This document shows, piece by piece, positions 59,035-64,000 of a stretch of 64,000 nucleotides of DNA. This DNA comes from a virus. The notes beneath the pieces are model-generated. The model made no database searches and was not told where the DNA came from. It worked only from the letters and a program-made list of their open reading frames with translations. Position numbers and translations under genes: made by a program. Position 1 is the first letter of the stretch. Each line of letters begins with the position of its first letter. The DNA is taken from IMG/VR virus record IMGVR_UViG_3300005573_000071, positions 35,357 to 99,356 of that record. The stretch is one strand, 5' to 3'.

Positions 59035-59431
59035 GATACATCAACTTATTGAGAATGAGTTACGAATTACTGAAGAAAATCTCGACAAGTGCATGTTAGA
59101 ACAAGGAGCGTTATTCGCAAACTACGCAGTTCGACTTGCGGCTCTCAGAGCTAAATATGATATAAAGAAAGTAGAATTGCAAGCACTCGAAGCAACACTT
59201 GGTAGAGAATACAGAGAAAAACTAACGAAAGTAACAGAAAAAGCAGTCGAGGAAGCTGTCATGAGCGACGAACGTTGGAAGCAAGCGAACGAAGAACTCA
59301 TTAACGTCAAAGAAGATATGTTGATCATCGAAGCGATCGTTAACGCTCTCATACAAAAGAAAGAAATGTTAGTTGCATATACGAATCTAATAAAAACGAG
59401 ATCGTTTCAAGGAGAACGGAATGGCTCATGA
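59021..59431 (+). CDS. UvsY-like recombination mediator
   Basis: 136-aa helical protein, NLDKCMLEQ..KVTEKAVE..D..W..ALIQKKEML pattern. Confidence 0.65.
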   Translation: MKINEIHQLIENELRITEENLDKCMLEQGALFANYAVRLAALRAKYDIKKVELQALEATLGREYREKLTKVTEKAVEEAVMSDERWKQANEELINVKEDMLIIEAIVNALIQKKEMLVAYTNLIKTRSFQGERNGS

Positions 59432-59648
59432 GTTATTTAGTAAGCTCCATAGATGGCTTCCCAGACACGAAATCTCAAAAGCGATCGACTACTATACGAC
59501 ATACGATAGTATTACGTATGCAGCTCTATACATACTATCTGTAACTAACAACTATTATTTGGCAGGACACCTTTCTGAGAGCGAGTACGAGAATATCGTA
59601 CAGCTATTAAGCGCATACGAGCCATCTATAGACAGAATATTATATTAA
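59421..59648 (+). CDS. hypothetical protein
   Basis: Coupled ORF with RBS. Confidence 0.55.
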   Translation: MAHELFSKLHRWLPRHEISKAIDYYTTYDSITYAALYILSVTNNYYLAGHLSESEYENIVQLLSAYEPSIDRILY

Positions 59649-59668
59649 TAAAAAGTAAGAGGTACAAA

Positions 59669-59890
59669 GTGAAAAAGTTCAGAGTAATAAGAGTGCACAT
59701 AATAGGTGAACGTACTGTATATAAAAATCCTACGCGTATGTACAAGTTTCTCATAGACCCAAATGGACTTGAGGCATTTGTAGTCCTAAAAGACGAAGAT
59801 GGAAAAATGGACATAGAGCTTGCTACAGATATACACTACGACTACTCACTTCTCAAGACAGAAGAAGGATTGTTTGCAGTTAAGAAATAG
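59669..59890 (+). CDS. hypothetical protein
   Basis: GAGG RBS, 73 aa. Confidence 0.55.
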   Translation: MKKFRVIRVHIIGERTVYKNPTRMYKFLIDPNGLEAFVVLKDEDGKMDIELATDIHYDYSLLKTEEGLFAVKK

Positions 59891-59903
59891 TGCTGGAGGA
59901 AAA

Positions 59904-60452
59904 ATGTATAAAGATCTTACGATTTATCTCAATCATCTGAGAACACAAACGAATGAGCTATCCACGAGAATCCAACAAACGCAAGAACTGATGGAGAAAC
60001 TACAAAAAGCTGCCGACTATCTCAAAGCTGTAAAAACAAATATAATCAAAGAGACAATCGAGATATCAACTTCGATCGTTAACTCTCTTATACAAATACT
60101 CGGGCCAGAGTATAGTTTCACTGCAACTATCGAAGAAGACAAATTGAAGTTCAAGATCCTAAAGAATGGTATTGAGTTCGATCCGAAGTACGAACTTGGG
60201 GGTGGAGTCTTAGATCTCATAAGTTTGGGTCTTAGACTTAGTCTCTGGGCTATCTCTTCTAGAGCACCGTTGTTAGTACTCGATGAGCCTTTACGATATC
60301 TCTCCCGCGAGTATAAGCCAGCAGTAACTAACTTCTTGTCCCAATTATGCCAAACGCTTGATTTACGTATACTCATCATAACACATGATCCCGAGTTAAT
60401 AACTGAATCTGAGAACGTCATCGTCTACAGTACTAGAAATCGCGAAAACTAA
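59904..60452 (+). CDS. sbcC: SbcC/Rad50-like ATPase, C-terminal half
   Basis: Short coiled coil, signature LGGG, LGLRL, Walker B/D-loop LLVLDEP, H-loop IITHD; GGAGG RBS before ATG 59904. Confidence 0.88.
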   Translation: MYKDLTIYLNHLRTQTNELSTRIQQTQELMEKLQKAADYLKAVKTNIIKETIEISTSIVNSLIQILGPEYSFTATIEEDKLKFKILKNGIEFDPKYELGGGVLDLISLGLRLSLWAISSRAPLLVLDEPLRYLSREYKPAVTNFLSQLCQTLDLRILIITHDPELITESENVIVYSTRNREN

Positions 60453-60477
60453 CAAATCAAATAGACAAACTTTAGAC

Positions 60478-61080
60478 GTGAGAGGAGGAATGATGCGATG
60501 GTATGGTAAATGGGCGGGTGAACCTAGAGGAATTCCAGAAGACACTACACGATGTATTGTATCTACTATCGACGAAAAAACAAAACTGTCAAAACAATGC
60601 GGTCGAAAGAGAGGATACGGACCTAACGGCTTATTCTGTAAGCAACACGCAGACATGCTCACACGTAGCATAAAGTTACAGATACCAGAAGACGAGCCTG
60701 AAGCGAATCCGAACGTGAATCCTACGGATACGATAGATATCATAAAGAAAACTTTTGCGGAACTGAAAGAGCAAATTGAGGTTGCAGTCAGAATAGCAAA
60801 AACTCAAGACGTATACGAAGGCGCAGAACATCTCAGAAAACACGCCATATCAACTTACGAACGTTGTAACGAAGTCATAAGTATCTTACTCAGTAACTTC
60901 GACAACGTGACAACAAAAAAACTAGGACTATACAAACTTGCTCCTGACTTCTATAGTTTCTTGCCTACGTCAATAAAGAGAGACATTCCTTACGAAGAGA
61001 TTACTAAGAAAGTGGAGAAGCTTGAGAGTGCGATCATAGACGAGGTAGAAAAACTATGTAGAACGCAGGAGATAAAATGA
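60478..61080 (+). CDS. hypothetical protein with N-terminal Cys/His Zn-binding-like domain
   Basis: RC..QC.RKRGYG..GLFCKQH; start probably 60490. Confidence 0.6.
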   Translation: MRGGMMRWYGKWAGEPRGIPEDTTRCIVSTIDEKTKLSKQCGRKRGYGPNGLFCKQHADMLTRSIKLQIPEDEPEANPNVNPTDTIDIIKKTFAELKEQIEVAVRIAKTQDVYEGAEHLRKHAISTYERCNEVISILLSNFDNVTTKKLGLYKLAPDFYSFLPTSIKRDIPYEEITKKVEKLESAIIDEVEKLCRTQEIK

Positions 61081-61508
61081 AAGGAGTACGCCTTCTAGAA
61101 AGATTAACTAATTTATACAAACGTATTTGTGCTAAAAAAAAAGTAGAGGATGCTAATAGTTTTATTGCGTTAAGTGAACTCTACACGGATTCACTCGAAC
61201 TTACAAATCACATCAACATTAAAATTGGAGAGACTCTAGTCCGAGTATTGAGGGATATTATCCCTGATATTGAATATCAACAAGGAGATATCGATTCAGA
61301 CTGGACCGTAATTTATCTACGCTCGGAGACATATGAAAAACGTCTTAGTGAAGATACGGACGAATACTCTGAACCGCTCGACGTGATTATCTCGAGCATA
61401 TTTCCTCAACTACAACATTATATCAGCTCTTATATTTGGCTTACACAAGAAGAAGCGACTTGTATACGCGCAAAACTCGTCCGATGGAAGGAGGGACGTA
61501 AATGTTAG
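61077..61508 (+). CDS. hypothetical protein
   Basis: Coupled ORF with RBS. Confidence 0.6.
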   Translation: MKGVRLLERLTNLYKRICAKKKVEDANSFIALSELYTDSLELTNHINIKIGETLVRVLRDIIPDIEYQQGDIDSDWTVIYLRSETYEKRLSEDTDEYSEPLDVIISSIFPQLQHYISSYIWLTQEEATCIRAKLVRWKEGRKC

Positions 61509-61723
61509 AAGAAGCATCACCAAGAAAATTTGGGTGGATTTGTCCTAAATGTTCCAGAGTATTTTCTCCAGCCATACTCATTTGTCCGTTTTGTACGTCA
61601 AAAGAAGAGACTATAAACGAACAGTGTGACCACATTTGGGAAGAGTTTAGTATATTCGATCCTGAAGTACAGCAAGTACGAATACTACGTAGGTGTGTCA
61701 AGTGTGGTCGTCTCACTGTATAA
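61502..61723 (+). CDS. zinc-finger protein
   Basis: GWICPKC..CPFC, CDH..CVKC. Confidence 0.65.
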   Translation: MLEEASPRKFGWICPKCSRVFSPAILICPFCTSKEETINEQCDHIWEEFSIFDPEVQQVRILRRCVKCGRLTV

Positions 61724-61758
61724 CAAACGAACGTAAATCGTCAATAGGAGTATAAAAA

Positions 61759-62001
61759 ATGAAGACTAACAATCTTGCTGAAATACTCTTAGAGAGTAAA
61801 AGTATATTTCCCGATCTCGTTGAATATACACTTATTGATCAACTACGTACTCATTCAATACAAATTCAAGATGAAGAACTCGAACACGAACTCAAACGAA
61901 TGCTCAAAGCTATCGACTACGCACTAGTTCACACACAACTTACTCCAAAACAAAAACAGTACTTCAAACGACTACGGAGAGCAGTCAAGGATGCTTTGTA
62001 A
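61759..62001 (+). CDS. hypothetical protein
   Basis: AGGAG RBS, 80 aa. Confidence 0.55.
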   Translation: MKTNNLAEILLESKSIFPDLVEYTLIDQLRTHSIQIQDEELEHELKRMLKAIDYALVHTQLTPKQKQYFKRLRRAVKDAL

Positions 62002-62070
62002 CACACTGTAAGCTTACTTGTGATTTATTAGTTCTAAGTCTAGAATCTACCGTAGAAAGGTGGTGAAAAT

Positions 62071-62406
62071 ATGAATTGGTTTTCATCTCTTGTGGATACC
62101 GCAAAACGGATCGTAGCGAATATCGTTGATGCTATCGAGAAGCTCGTCAACCAAATCAGCAATCAAATCAACAACCAAATCAGTAACGAACTCGACGCAA
62201 AAAATACTATTACATCTGAAGAGATAGCTGATAGCGAAAACACATCTACCAAAGAAACTCCTCGTCGTATAGAAGCCGTAACTCGTACGATCGTCAATCT
62301 ATTCGTTTCTATTGCAGTTCTCGTTGAAGTCATATATCGTGTAATAAGCACGATAGTTCAATGTTTAGGCTCACTTTCAACTGCAGCAACAGTAGCGGCT
62401 GCTTAA
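62071..62406 (+). CDS. hypothetical protein with C-terminal hydrophobic segment
   Basis: RBS, 111 aa. Confidence 0.55.
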   Translation: MNWFSSLVDTAKRIVANIVDAIEKLVNQISNQINNQISNELDAKNTITSEEIADSENTSTKETPRRIEAVTRTIVNLFVSIAVLVEVIYRVISTIVQCLGSLSTAATVAAA

Positions 62407-62514
62407 GAAGCACACTCGTCTTATATCAACTACCCGAAGAAGGAACAATCCCTTAGAAAGCAAAAAATCTAAGACTTCTGTTAGTCTTAGAGTAACTTTT
62501 CTAGGGAGGCGAAA

Positions 62515-63297
62515 ATGTTTGAAGTATTGTTACCTTCTTCTGGTAAAAAAGTTAATGTACGCGGGCTAACTCTCAAAGAAGAACTTATGCTTCAATCTTC
62601 TCTGCTAATTGAAAATCAATCGCTCTATACAAAATTCACACGCTTAGCAGAGATATGTCATAACGCTATTCAGAGCGAGATACCTTTATCTGCTTGGCTT
62701 AAGCAGACAACAGAAAACGATCTGCATGTTATTTGTTATGGTATATACTATGACACTTACGGTCCAAAGCTCAAACTAACTGTTACATGCCCTAACTGCA
62801 ACATACCAAATCCGGAGATAATAGTCAATTTAGATAAGATAGAATTATCAGGACAAGTCAACACCGAAGGTGTTGATATTTTCTCGAATACGAATGTTGT
62901 ACTCTCAACCGGGTTGGAAGTAGTACTTCATCCGTATATTACATTCGACGATCAACTGATAATTCTTACGCAAACTACAGCAGAAGATCTAGTATCTGAA
63001 AAACAATTAGCTGCAGCTAAGTTTGCTACTATCGAAGAAGTGAAATACCAAAACAAAAACTATAAACGGCCTAGCTACACAGAAACAGAGAAGATTGCTC
63101 CTTGGCTAGATATGTTAAGTAACCTCACTGGAGAAGTTCCACTCAAAGAGTTCAACGAAAAAGTGAATCCTCAGCCGTCTCCGTATACACTTACATTCAC
63201 TATACCATTCAATTGTAAGAAGTGTAAGAAGCAGTCAAAAGTCGAACTCAACTTTTTTCGATATCTGCTGGAGAGTGTTATTCCAGGAGCGCGTTAA
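62515..63297 (+). CDS. baseplate hub assembly protein (T4 gp26-like)
   Basis: LPSSGKKV.VRGLTLKEE, TYG..CPNC, C-terminal CKKC..LNFF. Confidence 0.8.
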   Translation: MFEVLLPSSGKKVNVRGLTLKEELMLQSSLLIENQSLYTKFTRLAEICHNAIQSEIPLSAWLKQTTENDLHVICYGIYYDTYGPKLKLTVTCPNCNIPNPEIIVNLDKIELSGQVNTEGVDIFSNTNVVLSTGLEVVLHPYITFDDQLIILTQTTAEDLVSEKQLAAAKFATIEEVKYQNKNYKRPSYTETEKIAPWLDMLSNLTGEVPLKEFNEKVNPQPSPYTLTFTIPFNCKKCKKQSKVELNFFRYLLESVIPGAR

Positions 63298-63547
63298 TTG
63301 GAAACTACCCGCGACAGCTATCTACTTCTTCAAACTAACAGATATTTGGTGGATGACTCCTCGTCAATTGGACTCTCTATTAGTAGAACTTAACAAAATA
63401 GAGGAAGAAACAGGTCTAGTGAAATCTCAACTCGTTCCACTTTGGCTTGTAAATGCATTCGGCAAGAAAGGTAGACATAGAAAAGTTGACCTTCGATCTA
63501 CTAATGCATTAGAACAACTAAAACTACTTTTAGCAGGGAAGAAATGA
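63275..63547 (+). CDS. baseplate assembly chaperone (gp51-like)
   Basis: DIWWMTPRQLD pattern directly after the gp26-like gene. Confidence 0.5.
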   Translation: MLFQERVNWKLPATAIYFFKLTDIWWMTPRQLDSLLVELNKIEEETGLVKSQLVPLWLVNAFGKKGRHRKVDLRSTNALEQLKLLLAGKK

Positions 63548-63550
63548 AGT

Positions 63551-63952
63551 ATGAGTAACATCTTTCTGAAGAGAGAACTTATCTCTCAAACACTCAAAAC
63601 ACAAGCAACAGACATCGACTATCTACGTCATGATCTCAAAACAGTATTGACAGACGTTAAGCGTGTTATTCAGCAATTGTTTGCTATCTTACGTACACCA
63701 AAAGGTTCGATCTTCAGAGCTAGAGAGTTAGGCTCGAATCTTTACTTATATGAATTTAGGCAGTTAGAAGAAGACACTAGCGGAATGCTAGCCCAAGAAC
63801 TCAAACTAGACTTAGAACGACAAATCACAGGTCTTACAGTAAGAGAGATGTCTTTCTCTCAAGACGTCTCCAAGAAAAAAATTGTTATCAATCTCGTTAT
63901 AGAGGTCGATAACAAAAGCTATATACTACCGCCTATCGAGACTTCTCTTTAG
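63551..63952 (+). CDS. baseplate wedge/sheath initiator (gp25-like)
   Basis: ILRTPKGS..RELGSNLYLYEF. Confidence 0.85.
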   Translation: MSNIFLKRELISQTLKTQATDIDYLRHDLKTVLTDVKRVIQQLFAILRTPKGSIFRARELGSNLYLYEFRQLEEDTSGMLAQELKLDLERQITGLTVREMSFSQDVSKKKIVINLVIEVDNKSYILPPIETSL

Positions 63953-63974
63953 GTCTTAACGTATCAGAAGACTA

Positions 63975-64000
63975 GCGAGTGCGGCTCATGCCGCACTCGC
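63975..64000 (+). terminator. GC-rich hairpin, probable terminator (tail beyond window)
   Basis: GCGAGTGCGGC/GCCGCACTCGC 11-bp stem. Confidence 0.6.

Noticed and set aside
1-64000. tRNA/rRNA genes, integrase, transposases, inteins
   Set aside because: None recognised by eye; intergenic gaps are short and core enzymes have ordinary lengths; tRNAscan was not run

Overview
The window is a segment of a large tailed-phage genome, most likely a myovirus. All credible genes lie on the + strand, and an o-spanin-like lipoprotein plus a captured cheY point to a diderm, flagellated host. Positions 0.75-6.6 kb encode the phage's own bacterial-type multisubunit RNA polymerase: one beta' gene and a beta gene split in two. 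A degenerate sigma70-like protein lies at 36 kb. Positions 6.6-18.7 kb and 62.5-64 kb hold T4-like virion genes: baseplate hub, terminase, tape measure, portal, prohead protease, major capsid and gp26/gp51/gp25-like genes. Positions 19-27 kb form a mosaic accessory region with glycosyltransferases, an FG-GAP propeller and CheY. Positions 27-53 kb hold replication, recombination and DNA-modification genes: split Rad50 with Mre11, QueD, Gat-QueC, QueE, a DpdA-like protein, ligase, a UDG-PolA fusion, dUTPase, primase, SSB, RecA, helicase and UvsY. The most striking feature is an array of seven paralogous Kelch-like beta-propeller genes (49.1 kb and 53.5-58.5 kb; 30 blades). Their framework is nearly invariant, but their loops vary in length and sequence and resemble antibody CDRs. 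Blade counts per gene are only 1, 2, 3 or 6, modules are shared between genes, and two copies are switched off. All functional calls come from motif recognition by eye; no database searches were run.
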